From assembly GCA_965217115.1 (NCBI GenBank), contig OZ244239.1, positions 672,001 through 736,000 on the forward strand: DNA of 64,000 nucleotides, given 5' to 3'. Positions 1 to 9,757 of this stretch are shown one piece after another. Under the pieces are notes generated by a model. It did not search any database. It saw nothing but the letters and a program-made list of their open reading frames with translations, and was not told where the DNA came from. Positions within the stretch are counted from its first letter, which is position 1. Each line of letters begins with the position of its first letter. This DNA is from Bdellovibrionales bacterium (GTDB taxonomy: Bacteria; Bdellovibrionota; Bdellovibrionia; Bdellovibrionales; CAYMLA01). The position numbers and the translations under genes are program-made.

Positions 1-1461
1 TTAGATTTCGAAAAAGACTACCCCCACGCAAAAACAATCAAACTAGAAGAGAATTATCGCTCCACACAAACTATTATCTCGGCTGCCACGCACTTGATCC
101 AAAATAATACTCAGAGAAAAAATAAAAAACTTTTTACTTCTAATATTAAAGGAGAAAGGATTGTCGTCCGTGAAGAAAATAACGAGTACGACGAAGCCCG
201 ATTCGTTGTTAAAGAGCTTGAGCAACAACTCTCCAAAAGTACCTACCAGTATAAAGATATCTCTGTCTTTTATCGCACAAACGCCCAATCTCGTGTCATC
301 GAAGAACAATTACGCAGTTATGGTATCCCCTACAAAATAGTTGGGGGTGTGAAGTTCTACGAACGCATGGAGATTAAAGATCTTCTAGCTTATTTGAGAC
401 TTATCAATAACATCAACGATGATATCGCTCTAAAGCGAATCATCAATACTCCTGCTAGAGGAATTGGTAAGACGACTGTAAGTAAACTCGAAGAGATTGG
501 CTTTGCAAGTAACCGTAGTCTCTTTGAATCTATTGATATTGCTTGCATAGAAAAAGCCGTTAATTCTGGAACTGCTAAAAAATTACAAACCTTTAAGGCC
601 TTACTTATCACTATAAATGAAGAGAGCAGAGGCCTATCTCCTTCTAATATCTACCAAACCATTATCGATCAGACAAAGTATGTTGAAAAATTGCAAAAAA
701 ATGACTCCGCTGAAGCTAAAAACCGCTTAGAGAACTTAGAAGAGCTTAACAATGCTCTCGTTCATTTTGAAAAAGAACGGGGAGAAGAGGCTACGCTAAC
801 AAGTTTTCTCGAAGAAATTGCTTTGGTCTCAGACATCGACCGTGTCGATAGCTCTGAAAATTCTATCACTCTTATGACTCTGCATATTTCTAAGGGCTTA
901 GAATTTCCCGTTGTTTTTATCGTTGGTATGGAAGATGGCCTTTTTCCGAGTGGACGTAGTTTTGACTCTTCTGACCCAACTGCCATCGAAGAAGAGAGAC
1001 GTCTTGCCTATGTCGGAATCACTCGTGCTAAAGAAAAGCTTTTTTTGTCCTACGTAAAATCTCGCCGCCTATGGGGCAATGAACAGTGCAATTCCCCTAG
1101 CCGCTTTCTTAAAGAAATCCCTAACAGCTTAACCCTCTTTCTCTCATCCATGCGTAAACCTAAAACTGCGAATCGTCGCCGCTCTTCTAATTTCTCTGAT
1201 TTTGACACTCAAGAAAATTTTCCTAATTACGAAGATATTTCCGATGATTTTAATAGTGAAGAAACGCAACTACAAAAAGGCGTGAGCGTAAGACATCCCA
1301 CATTTGGTCCTGGCGATATTTTTCAGATAGAAGGCAGTGGAGAGGATCTCAAAGTCAGTGTGAAGTTTAGCGATCGAACGATAAAAAAATTTGTTGTCAA
1401 GTATGCCCGCCTAGAAATCATCGGAAAAAAAGGCGGGGGCCTCACGAATGAGGCCCCCTAG
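1..1461 (+). CDS. pcrA: UvrD/PcrA-family ATP-dependent DNA helicase, 5' part outside the window
   Basis: Frame is open from position 1 (LDFEKDYP..LEENYRSTQ). Motifs YRTNAQSR, TLHISKGLEFPVVF, EEERRLAYVGITRA and a C-terminal Tudor-like domain (VRHPTFGPG). Confidence 0.95.
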   Translation, partial: LDFEKDYPHAKTIKLEENYRSTQTIISAATHLIQNNTQRKNKKLFTSNIKGERIVVREENNEYDEARFVVKELEQQLSKSTYQYKDISVFYRTNAQSRVIEEQLRSYGIPYKIVGGVKFYERMEIKDLLAYLRLINNINDDIALKRIINTPARGIGKTTVSKLEEIGFASNRSLFESIDIACIEKAVNSGTAKKLQTFKALLITINEESRGLSPSNIYQTIIDQTKYVEKLQKNDSAEAKNRLENLEELNNALVHFEKERGEEATLTSFLEEIALVSDIDRVDSSENSITLMTLHISKGLEFPVVFIVGMEDGLFPSGRSFDSSDPTAIEEERRLAYVGITRAKEKLFLSYVKSRRLWGNEQCNSPSRFLKEIPNSLTLFLSSMRKPKTANRRRSSNFSDFDTQENFPNYEDISDDFNSEETQLQKGVSVRHPTFGPGDIFQIEGSGEDLKVSVKFSDRTIKKFVVKYARLEIIGKKGGGLTNEAP

Positions 1462-1498
1462 GAAAACGGAAAAAAAAGCGGAAAGCCTAAGCTCTCCA
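1422..1498 (-). terminator. Two tandem intrinsic terminators for the convergent minus-strand gene; the lower one overlaps the pcrA 3' end
   Basis: Hairpin GGGGGCCTCA-CGAA-TGAGGCCCCC (1435-1458) and hairpin GGAAAGC-CTAA-GCTCTCC. Each is preceded on + by an A-run, i.e. a U-tract on the minus strand. Confidence 0.7.
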
Positions 1499-1609
1499 GG
1501 TTTCCATGGAAATTGGAAACCTTATCCTATCTAGTTAAAATCTCTGTTTCCACGATCTCTATAAAGTTTGAACTCTTCCTATTTTTTACCCCAGCGATTC
1601 CAAGTTCAG

Positions 1610-2782
1610 TTAATTAACCTTTGGTTTACCCAACAACGAGCGTACATTAATGCCAGTACTACTACCACGACCAGTCAATCCCAGACTACTAGAAACACCT
1701 TGAGCTGTACTGGTCTTCAAAGATGGCGCCTTATAACTGTTACAAGAGTTTCCTATACCATTACTACTGGGGTTAAACATAGAACCAAAAAATACCTTCA
1801 ATTCCACTGGAACCGAAGAGTTCACAGGACAAAAGTAATCCTTAAGATAAAGCTGACGAGCGAAATCTTGGCTTAAGTGATTCTCCTCTCTAAACCCACT
1901 TAAATAACTAGAAAAACTGCTCTCATCTATTTTAAAAAGATTATGAAAATCAACTAAGCTCCTTTCTCGTTCATAGATATCTGTCTTCTTTAATGCCTTT
2001 TCTAAAGATCTCTCTCCTGGGACTTTATATGTCTTAGCAAGAAGCTTTGCTAATTTTTCTCTTACTTCAAAACCTAATTTATGATCAAAACGGTCAATAA
2101 AACCTGCAATCTTGTCCCTAAATTCACTTAACTCATCATCCTCAAATTTACCACGTCTTATCTCTCTCCACATTGCTTCTAACACACCTGATATCTCAGC
2201 CTTGTAACAATTCAGAATCGTTTGCCTAGCTTCCAACTTTTTCTTAGAAACTTTGATCAGTTCCAAGCATTTATCAACTCCACACTTTAACATCTTGGAT
2301 GTCTCACCTGAGGCAGAGCAATCTTCTTCTTTTGATGAACTGATTTTTTTTACTTTGTTTTTTCCAAAAAAATCACTTTGCTTCTCAATAGCGTCTAACA
2401 ATTGATTTATGTCAGAAAAATCGGTTCCTGATTTCTTCAGAGTCACACTTCTTAATACACAATCAGTGCAATCTTGAGCCTGTGTCTCTTGAAACACAAT
2501 CGTAGTGGTGTCACCTTTTTGTTCTGACCTTAAAGTAAAATCTTTCCCATCACGGTGAACGTCCGCTTCATAAGTTTTCTCTACTTTATCTATCGATTTT
2601 GGAGTTATAAGGTATCTTCCCCCTCCCCCACTGGCTAATTCCGAAAAACCCATTCGCAGATCTTTATTGCTGTCCTGCTCCCAATTGATGTTAAGTCCTA
2701 ATACGCCTATTAAAGACAGTGTTAGAAAATATTTTCTGCAGGTTCCCCAGTCTATTTTCTTTTCTCTATTTTTTCCATTCAT
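1610..2782 (-). CDS. Hypothetical exported/membrane-anchored protein with CxxC motif
   Basis: 390-aa ORF, GGAGG RBS upstream, N-terminal hydrophobic segment (YFLTLSLIGVLGLNI), QAQDCTDC motif. No family recognised. Confidence 0.8.
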   Translation of the reverse strand: MNGKNREKKIDWGTCRKYFLTLSLIGVLGLNINWEQDSNKDLRMGFSELASGGGGRYLITPKSIDKVEKTYEADVHRDGKDFTLRSEQKGDTTTIVFQETQAQDCTDCVLRSVTLKKSGTDFSDINQLLDAIEKQSDFFGKNKVKKISSSKEEDCSASGETSKMLKCGVDKCLELIKVSKKKLEARQTILNCYKAEISGVLEAMWREIRRGKFEDDELSEFRDKIAGFIDRFDHKLGFEVREKLAKLLAKTYKVPGERSLEKALKKTDIYERERSLVDFHNLFKIDESSFSSYLSGFREENHLSQDFARQLYLKDYFCPVNSSVPVELKVFFGSMFNPSSNGIGNSCNSYKAPSLKTSTAQGVSSSLGLTGRGSSTGINVRSLLGKPKVN

Positions 2783-2844
2783 AATTCTTTCCTCCGTTTA
2801 AGACTCTAAAGATTGAGCCCATTTTTTTCCCTACCAAATACAAT

Positions 2845-2860
2845 TACAAAACACGGGCCA
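2845..2860 (-). promoter_or_regulatory. Putative sigma-54 (-24/-12) promoter for 1610..2782
   Basis: Minus strand TGGC-CCGTGTT-TTGTA: correct 7-nt spacing, TTGT instead of TTGC. Confidence 0.45.
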
Positions 2861-3090
2861 AGAGAGAAAACTCTAGTGAATGGTATAATTACTTGATTTT
2901 ACTTGTGTTTCCTCAGTTGTTTTGACTGTCACTTAAATAGACGTCTGACGAACTTCTGTCGCCTCTCTTTGAGAATAGGCGGTAATATTAACTTATTACA
3001 GGTAGTTATGGGCTTTTTATTTATTCAACACCTGTCTAAAAAACAACATGGAAAAAACATCATTTTCCCTGGATTCTCTAGCTAAAAAAA

Positions 3091-3595
3091 GGTTCTTTGT
3101 GATAATATAGTGGAACTGTTCCCAAGAGATTCATCTTGAGGGCTCTCTTTCTAAAACTATCCATGGATAACAGCGTTGTTATACATGGAGGTCTGCCATA
3201 GAAATAGAGGAAATCTGTCTAGTTAACGGAGCACAGTTCTCTAAACCAACCCAGGTTTATTATTATTCGTTTTAAACTTTCGAGGGAATTTGTCCAGAAT
3301 AAATGACCTATTTCTAAACCAACACTTTGGCCTTCCCAGTCTCTCTTTTGTACAATTCCCTTTGATATTACACTAGAGATCCATTGACCCATTGATTGAA
3401 TACGGATTTTTTTCTAGAGTCTCTCCCAAAAGAATCCAGTTCTTTTCGGCGAGTTTGGCTTGGCAACTTCCATTGCATTTTTCTGCAATGGGAGGTGACA
3501 AACGAATGTTTGAGCAAGAAAAGGGCTGGATTCTTTTGGGAGAGACTCTAGAAAAAAAACTAGCTCCACTATTGTTTTGTTTATCATAAAGAGTC
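3091..3595. mobile_element. MITE copy 1 (non-autonomous, IS1595-like ends)
   Basis: Imperfect TIRs GGTTCTTTGTGATAATATAGTGGAAC.../...TCCACTATT..ATCATAAAGAGTC, flanked by 8-bp direct repeat TAAAAAAA. Closely similar to 53253-53599 and to the reverse complement of 59014-59477. Confidence 0.85.
3414..3551. repeat. Nested ~138-bp palindromic element inside the MITE
   Basis: Perfect 26-bp IR CTAGAGTCTCTCCCAAAAGAATCCAG/CTGGATTCTTTTGGGAGAGACTCTAG around core GCGAGTTTGGCTTGG...CAAACGAATGTTTGAGC. Confidence 0.85.
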
Positions 3596-3630
3596 TAAAA
3601 AAATGCCCCTTGGGTTTGCACCCAAGAGGC
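3596..3630 (-). terminator. Intrinsic terminator of the porin-like gene
   Basis: GCCCCTTGGGT-TTGC-ACCCAAGAGGC hairpin preceded by an A-run on +. Confidence 0.6.
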
Positions 3631-3701
3631 CCTGCTCCACCACCATAAAATGTGTTCAAAATGTTTACTTAGATGCCGTACAAAATGTAATCAAGTTGCT
3701 A

Positions 3702-5126
3702 TCAAAAGTTGATGGCGGCTTTCGTTATAAAACCATAAACTAGTTTTAGTTCAGAATTTTCACTCATTTCACTCTTAAAACTATCTCCAGGAATGACAAA
3801 GCCCACCTCAGTCACCCACTTAAAGTTACGATGAATCTGACTAACGAGTGCCACATCAAATTCATAGCCTAAATCTAAAGACGCCTCTGAATTGGACAGT
3901 GATTCCTTAAGTAACTTCCCATAGGTAAACGTTCCGCGAAGAGATAGCGTCTCTGACCATTTCCAAGTTGCTCGGGGAGAGAAGTAAATAACATTGGATA
4001 AAGCCTGGTCATCGACCCTATTTGAAGAGGCTTTTGTTGAATTTCTATCAACACTGGAACGGAAAACATTTGCCTCCCCCAGAGAATGATTAAAAAGAAG
4101 CATCGCTACGTCGTAGTTTCTATCAAAAATATAACCTTCATAAGCCTCAGTATTAGGATCATCGCCACTGGCATAACCAGATTTAATTTCCCAGTGCCAA
4201 CGAGAATTGGGAACCTGATAGGCCCACTCAGTGCTCACGCCTAAACCTTGTAACTCTATATTCTCTCCAGCAGATTCAACTCCAGTGGTGCCTTTTTGTA
4301 AACCAAGCTCAATTGCAAAATGAGAATTCTCATAGTTTCTTCCAACAAAAAAATTAATGTCTTCCGTCTTCCAACCGGTAAGTATCATTTTATCTTCTAA
4401 AGGTGTACCCTCACTACCAAGAGAATCTCTAGGCGCATCATTCCCAGGGGCAGAAGCCACTCGGCTTTGATAAAACAAGCCCATCTTCAAAGCAGCATCT
4501 TTATTATTATAATTAACATTAAAGATATAGTCTGTTACATCGTCTTCAACACCCGAATTCCCTTCATTGACTTTCGCTAACATGAAACCGTAATCAATAT
4601 TGCCACTTACCATCTTGTAGGAGAAGAGATCTCTATTATCAAACCAGTGATCAAATTCACCATGTCCGTCACTAAACATCATCCCTAAGCCGAAATTCAA
4701 AGGAGCACGGCCGACAGTCAAAGTGCTATAGTCTCCCGTCCATGAAATATAGAGTTCGTTAACGGCGAGGTTTGCAAAAGCCATTCTCTGGGAAAGAACG
4801 TTGGAGTCGGTATTATCAGTAGAGTCAGTACTCCCTAGACCGTTTCCAAAAAAACCACCAACGGCAGATGTTGGGTACTCTAAGCTGTTAACTAAGTTGA
4901 ATTGACCATGAAGTTCTATGCCGTCGGCTGCAATAATATGGGGGCGCAAAATCAAATGGTGTAAACCATAGGACTTAGACCCACCCGTTGAATTTATGTC
5001 TACATTATCTAACTCAACAAACTCAAAGCGGTACAAACCCTTCCAATCAATGGAAAAAGCCTGGGTTGTCAAAGGTGTGGTCAGCGGAACTAGTAAAAAC
5101 AAAACAATCTGTAAAAGTCTTGCCAT
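3702..5126 (-). CDS. Outer-membrane beta-barrel (porin/alginate-export-like) protein
   Basis: Likely start MARLLQ (5126) after AGGGG RBS; ORF track starts at 5180. Signal peptide (..TQA-F), alternating beta-strand pattern, C-terminal Phe. Confidence 0.8.
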   Translation of the reverse strand: MARLLQIVLFLLVPLTTPLTTQAFSIDWKGLYRFEFVELDNVDINSTGGSKSYGLHHLILRPHIIAADGIELHGQFNLVNSLEYPTSAVGGFFGNGLGSTDSTDNTDSNVLSQRMAFANLAVNELYISWTGDYSTLTVGRAPLNFGLGMMFSDGHGEFDHWFDNRDLFSYKMVSGNIDYGFMLAKVNEGNSGVEDDVTDYIFNVNYNNKDAALKMGLFYQSRVASAPGNDAPRDSLGSEGTPLEDKMILTGWKTEDINFFVGRNYENSHFAIELGLQKGTTGVESAGENIELQGLGVSTEWAYQVPNSRWHWEIKSGYASGDDPNTEAYEGYIFDRNYDVAMLLFNHSLGEANVFRSSVDRNSTKASSNRVDDQALSNVIYFSPRATWKWSETLSLRGTFTYGKLLKESLSNSEASLDLGYEFDVALVSQIHRNFKWVTEVGFVIPGDSFKSEMSENSELKLVYGFITKAAINF

Positions 5127-5399
5127 AAATTCTACCCCTTTAGTGAAACCTAAAAATATCACGACGAAAGTCCCAGTCAATTAAAAAATTACAACACCAT
5201 ACATTACAATATATTTTCCCCGGGAAGAATCGCCTCTTTCTTCGTTAAGTAGCTGATTTTCGTCTCTTTTCGCCCATCTGCTGCTGAGCAGCTATTTCTC
5301 TGTCTGGGATGTGAGCTCTTTCAAACAGAGGGATCTCCCACGAGTGACGTGTTTTTCTAGGCACTTTCAATTATTTTCAAGGTGTTTTAAAAGGACGTC

Positions 5400-5675
5400 T
5401 TAATTTTGCCCGCGGCGTTTTAGCTCTTGCTCGTAGTACTTTTGATACATAATTTCCCATTCAGGAGAGTCTTCAACGACCGATCTCTGGAGAGACCGTA
5501 TCATCTTTGTTACCTTGGCATCCAACTCTTCATGGAGACGAACAAAGTCAATCACTCCCGCCTTCACAGCATTTAAGGCAGCCCTATCGTCTGTATAATC
5601 TGCTAAATCATCGTGATAAATTCCATCAGTGATTAAGTGGGCCAAGTGTGATTGACGGTCTTCACTGATAATCAC
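5400..5675 (-). CDS. DUF507-family protein
   Basis: C-terminal ..KIRSLQRSVVEDSPEWEIMYQKYYEQELKRRG-type pattern typical of DUF507; overlaps the upstream paralog (GTGA). Confidence 0.8.
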   Translation of the reverse strand: MIISEDRQSHLAHLITDGIYHDDLADYTDDRAALNAVKAGVIDFVRLHEELDAKVTKMIRSLQRSVVEDSPEWEIMYQKYYEQELKRRGQN

Positions 5676-5953
5676 AGCACAAACCCCTGTTGCTCAGCCA
5701 ATTTTTTCTTCAACATACCAAACATTTTATAACGTTGAAATTCCCCACCGTGATCTTGTTCCAATTGATCCAACATCCGGTCTACCTCTCTATCAAGAGT
5801 CTGTTCATCTTGTATGTTTTTCTCAATCACAGAAGAGACCTTCGTCGCCACAGCGTTTTCTCCCGCTTTTAGATCAATAGGAGATTGAGTCTCTCTTAGG
5901 CGCTTCATAATTAACTTCACTAATGTATCAATTTGTCTCTTTTTTAATCTCAT
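5672..5953 (-). CDS. DUF507-family protein
   Basis: Start MRLKKRQ at 5953. C-terminal YKMFGMLKKKLAEQQGFVL typical of DUF507. Confidence 0.8.
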   Translation of the reverse strand: MRLKKRQIDTLVKLIMKRLRETQSPIDLKAGENAVATKVSSVIEKNIQDEQTLDREVDRMLDQLEQDHGGEFQRYKMFGMLKKKLAEQQGFVL

Positions 5954-5994
5954 ACTTTTGACTAAATGACTCTCCTTCAATAAAGTCAAGGAAC

Positions 5995-8289
5995 ATGAAG
6001 CGAATATTAAAATTATCTCTTACTCTTATCTTCCTACTCTTCACCATTTTTGGTTTGTGGGTTTTTCGCCTTGATCAAACAATCAAAAATAAAATTGATG
6101 GGAATCGCTTCCTACCTCCAACAGAATTTTATTCTTCATCCACTAAATTAACTCAAAAACAGACGGTTTTCCTTCATCAAATTGACGACACCTTTCATCA
6201 AGCACAGTTTCGCAAAAGGCCTCCCAACTCATCTCTCTTTCCTGGCGACTATAGTTTGTGGAGCCCAACACAATGTCAAAAAAACACCTATCTGAAAATC
6301 CCCCCTGAAACCAAGCACTGCCTCGCCTTCAGAGATTTTAATACTTCATCCCAACAAATTCAACTTCTTGTCCTAGAAGAAAACCACACTCAAGAACATT
6401 CTAAGAAAAAAAATGAACAAAAAATCGCCTCCATCTACCAAGGACCTCCGTTTAAAGAAATCAAGCAAACACTGCTTCCCCCTCTTCTCTTTGCGCAATA
6501 CATTGGCAACTCTCCCACACAAAGAAAAATTGTCTCCCTAGGAAGTATTCCCACCCATTGTAAAAATGCTTTATTAGCCATTGAAGACAGTCAGTTTTTA
6601 GAACACTCAGGAATAAGTCCTCTGGCTATTCTAAGAGCCTTTTGGAACTTAATCAAAAAGCAAAAAATTACCCAGGGTGGTAGCACCATCACTCAACAAT
6701 TAGTCAAAGTTTATTTTCTCAATAGCGAACGTACTTTTAAACGTAAAATTATTGAAGCCGTCATGGCTCTTATCTTAGAACATCGAATTAGCAAAGACGA
6801 TATTTTAGAGCTTTATACTAACTCTATATATATGGGACAACAGGGGGTTTTTCAAATTCGAGGCTTTGCCGCTGCCTCAGAATACTATTTCAATAAACCC
6901 ATAAACAAGATCAACCTCCCCCAGTGCGCACTACTTGCCGCCACACTCAACAGCCCTGGCCTCTTCAACCCATTCACTCAACCAGAGAACTCTCGCAATC
7001 GCCGTAATCATGTCCTCAAACGAATGGCTCAATTCAAAATGATCTCCTCTCAACAAAAAGATTCTGCCCAAAAAGCTTCCCTCCCACAGAAACCCTCATC
7101 TAATCTAAAGGACAATGCTTCTTATTATATCAACGCCGTTAGACAGAAACTAAAAAAACTTAATATTTCAATGAAAGATGGAGGTAGAATTTACACCTCT
7201 CTGGATCTCAACGCACAAAAAACTGCCCGACAAGCAATCAACAGGCAACTCAACCGTCTTGAAAAAAACCGCCCTCAACTGAAAAAATCCGGCCATTCTC
7301 TACAAGCTTCTTTGATCTCCGTTGACACCGCCACGGGACATATCAATGCCTTAGTTGGAGGACGCAACTACAAAAAATCTCATTTCAATCGTGTTCTTGA
7401 ATCCAAGAGACAAATTGGTTCTTTAATGAAACCCTTTGTTTATTTAACTGCCCTAGAATCTTTAGATGAAAATGGCAACCCTATCACTCCGCTCTATCAA
7501 ATAAACGACTCTATCTTTACCCACTCCTATGAAGGACAAAAATGGACTCCCCATAACTACAATAAGAAATATCTCGGCCCTATTCCCCTCTACTTTGCTC
7601 TAAAAAACTCTCTGAATGTTCCCACCGCTAAAATTGGTTTACAAATCGGCCTCGAAGCTATTATCGACACTGCCAAACGCCTTAAAATTAGTTCCAGTCT
7701 AAAACCCGTTCCATCTCTCACTCTCGGCGCTTTTGAAGTCTCTACCTGGGAATTAGCACGGGCCTACACAGCGATCGCCCGAATGGGAAATCTCATTGAT
7801 ATTTCTCTTATACAAAAAATTGAATCCCTTAAAGGTGATACTCTTTACCTTAATTCTCCCTCGATAGAACAGGTTGTCTCCCCTAGTGTCGCAGCTGTCC
7901 TCATTGGCATACTTAAAGAAACCTTGCGCACAGGGACCGCTCGTTCCATCGGCAAGTGGTACGGCTTTAACCGTATCGCTGCTGGTAAAACTGGCACAAC
8001 GAGTGATCATCGCGATGCCTGGTTTTCAGGTTTCACACCGAGAAATCTCACCATTGTTTGGGTTGGTTTTGACGACAATCGCTCTCACAAACTGACTGGA
8101 GCCTCCGGTGCTATTCCCATCTGGGCTGATTATATGAGAAACACAACTCTACAATATCAAGACGAAGATTTTAACTGGCCAGAGAGTGTCACCCCCCATT
8201 TCTACTCCCGTGAAAACCTACAAAGATGGCCCCTCCCAGAACTGCAGTGGCCTGATTTTCAAGGAATTGAACTTATTATTAAAAAATAA
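5995..8289 (+). CDS. mrcB: Class A penicillin-binding protein (PBP1B-like transglycosylase/transpeptidase)
   Basis: GT51 motifs EDSQFLEHSG, QGGSTITQQLVK, RKIIE. Transpeptidase SxxK (GSLMK), SxN (SLN) and KTG; N-terminal TM anchor. Confidence 0.9.
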   Translation: MKRILKLSLTLIFLLFTIFGLWVFRLDQTIKNKIDGNRFLPPTEFYSSSTKLTQKQTVFLHQIDDTFHQAQFRKRPPNSSLFPGDYSLWSPTQCQKNTYLKIPPETKHCLAFRDFNTSSQQIQLLVLEENHTQEHSKKKNEQKIASIYQGPPFKEIKQTLLPPLLFAQYIGNSPTQRKIVSLGSIPTHCKNALLAIEDSQFLEHSGISPLAILRAFWNLIKKQKITQGGSTITQQLVKVYFLNSERTFKRKIIEAVMALILEHRISKDDILELYTNSIYMGQQGVFQIRGFAAASEYYFNKPINKINLPQCALLAATLNSPGLFNPFTQPENSRNRRNHVLKRMAQFKMISSQQKDSAQKASLPQKPSSNLKDNASYYINAVRQKLKKLNISMKDGGRIYTSLDLNAQKTARQAINRQLNRLEKNRPQLKKSGHSLQASLISVDTATGHINALVGGRNYKKSHFNRVLESKRQIGSLMKPFVYLTALESLDENGNPITPLYQINDSIFTHSYEGQKWTPHNYNKKYLGPIPLYFALKNSLNVPTAKIGLQIGLEAIIDTAKRLKISSSLKPVPSLTLGAFEVSTWELARAYTAIARMGNLIDISLIQKIESLKGDTLYLNSPSIEQVVSPSVAAVLIGILKETLRTGTARSIGKWYGFNRIAAGKTGTTSDHRDAWFSGFTPRNLTIVWVGFDDNRSHKLTGASGAIPIWADYMRNTTLQYQDEDFNWPESVTPHFYSRENLQRWPLPELQWPDFQGIELIIKK

Positions 8290-8380
8290 ACAATCTTCAT
8301 TCAAAATGCCAAAATGACACCTGAATTCATGGAATAATTTTCTACGGAGCTTTTACTCAGCTTCTTTCTAGACCTTTTCT

Positions 8381-8396
8381 TGGCTCTCAAATTGCT
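8381..8396 (+). promoter_or_regulatory. Sigma-54 (-24/-12) promoter of the radical SAM gene
   Basis: TGGC-TCTCAAA-TTGCT matches TGGC-N7-TTGC(A/T) and ends 45 nt before the GTG start. Confidence 0.75.
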
Positions 8397-8440
8397 ATAA
8401 CTCTAGTGAACCTACCTTAAGTAGGGCAAAAGGACACCAA

Positions 8441-9757
8441 GTGAACTTAAGAACAAGGCAAAACATTGTCTCTATTAGAACCGAAGAAGGAGATTATGTT
8501 GGTTTTCACAGCGAAAACTTAGAGGTGGCCTCCCTAGACGAGAGCGCCTGGCTAGCTATGACCGAGTCCCACGGAGGAATTGAGAAACCTACCTCACAGG
8601 CCTCTTTAGAACTCAATGTATGGAATCAATCTCGCAATCCTGATTCCAAAAATATGCTCACCTCACAAAAAGTACGCAGCATTACCATCAATGTCACCCA
8701 ACTCTGTAACTTTAACTGCTCTTACTGTGCGGCTAATGGCGATGGCACCTATGGTGACCCTGTCGCGAAAATAGATATCGAACAAACTATTCCCCAGCTC
8801 AAGTATTTCCTCAATGCTCTCACCCATGGAGATCATTTCCACATTCATTTTCTCGGTGGAGAACCACTCCTTTACCCAAAGGCCATAGAAACTATCTCTA
8901 AGTACGCTCAGCTCTTTACTGCTGGGAAAGACATATCGCTAAAATTTTCAATCACGACCAATGGAACTTTACTCACAGAAAAAAACATCCAACTTCTCAC
9001 TAAACTCAATTGCCACGTGCAAATCAGTCTTGATGGGCCTCCTGAAATCAATGATAAACAAAGACACAGTAAGAAATCACCCTTCAACACATCCAGTATT
9101 GTTCAAGGACTTAAAAGATTACAAAAAGAGGCCGCTCAACTCGGCAGTATCGGTCTTAGTGCTGTCTTCAATGAAAACAACATGAACGTGGTTGAATGCT
9201 ACGAGTTTTTAGATAAATTCGATACTGATTGGATAGAGCTGACCTTTTCTTTCACCGATAAGTCCCCACTACTTTCTCAACAGTATGCTGAGCAGATGCA
9301 GAAAGTCGCAAGCTTAGCCTATAAGAAAAATGGCCTCGATGGGTTAAAAAAAATTAAAGCCTTCAATAATATTTTAAATAATATCGACCAGCGAACTCGT
9401 ATCAGAAACTACTGTGGAGCAGGTAAAGACTTCCTCATGATAGATGCTCGTAATCAAATCTACTCATGCCCTTGGGATGTGGGGACCGTTTCGGAAAAAA
9501 TTGGAGATTTAGACAAAATTGACCAGAGAAAGCGTAGCACCTATAAAAAAGACCTCGTGGACAAAAAATCTTGTCAAACCTGCTGGGCACGCTTTCTTTG
9601 TGGTGGAGGCTGTATGTTTACCCACAAAATGGCCACTGGAAATAAGAAAAAAGTGGATAAAGATTTCTGTGACCGCACAAGAAGCTTGATTGCCACAGCA
9701 ATTATATACTATGAAAGAGAAGGGAGAAAAAATGATGAAACATATCAAAATAATTAA
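8441..9757 (+). CDS. Radical SAM/SPASM peptide maturase (CteB/SCIFF ranthisynthase-like) with probable N-terminal RRE
   Basis: CxxxCxxC (CNFNCSYC), GGEPLL, TTNG, SLDG. Seven-Cys SPASM pattern CGAG..YSC..CQTCWARFLCGGGC..FC; ~70-aa N-terminal extension; AAGGA RBS before GTG. Confidence 0.9.
   Translation: MNLRTRQNIVSIRTEEGDYVGFHSENLEVASLDESAWLAMTESHGGIEKPTSQASLELNVWNQSRNPDSKNMLTSQKVRSITINVTQLCNFNCSYCAANGDGTYGDPVAKIDIEQTIPQLKYFLNALTHGDHFHIHFLGGEPLLYPKAIETISKYAQLFTAGKDISLKFSITTNGTLLTEKNIQLLTKLNCHVQISLDGPPEINDKQRHSKKSPFNTSSIVQGLKRLQKEAAQLGSIGLSAVFNENNMNVVECYEFLDKFDTDWIELTFSFTDKSPLLSQQYAEQMQKVASLAYKKNGLDGLKKIKAFNNILNNIDQRTRIRNYCGAGKDFLMIDARNQIYSCPWDVGTVSEKIGDLDKIDQRKRSTYKKDLVDKKSCQTCWARFLCGGGCMFTHKMATGNKKKVDKDFCDRTRSLIATAIIYYEREGRKNDETYQNN

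Noticed and set aside
3392..3659. Short ORFs within MITE copies (also 53527-53784 and 59003-59505) as transposase remnants
   Set aside because: No DDE or HUH motifs could be read, and frames are not preserved between copies.
8441..9757. Anaerobic sulfatase maturase or NirJ/PqqE assignment for the radical SAM
   Set aside because: No sulfatase, heme d1 or pqq genes nearby. The RRE-like N-terminus and adjacent MKHIK-leader peptide favour a RiPP maturase.
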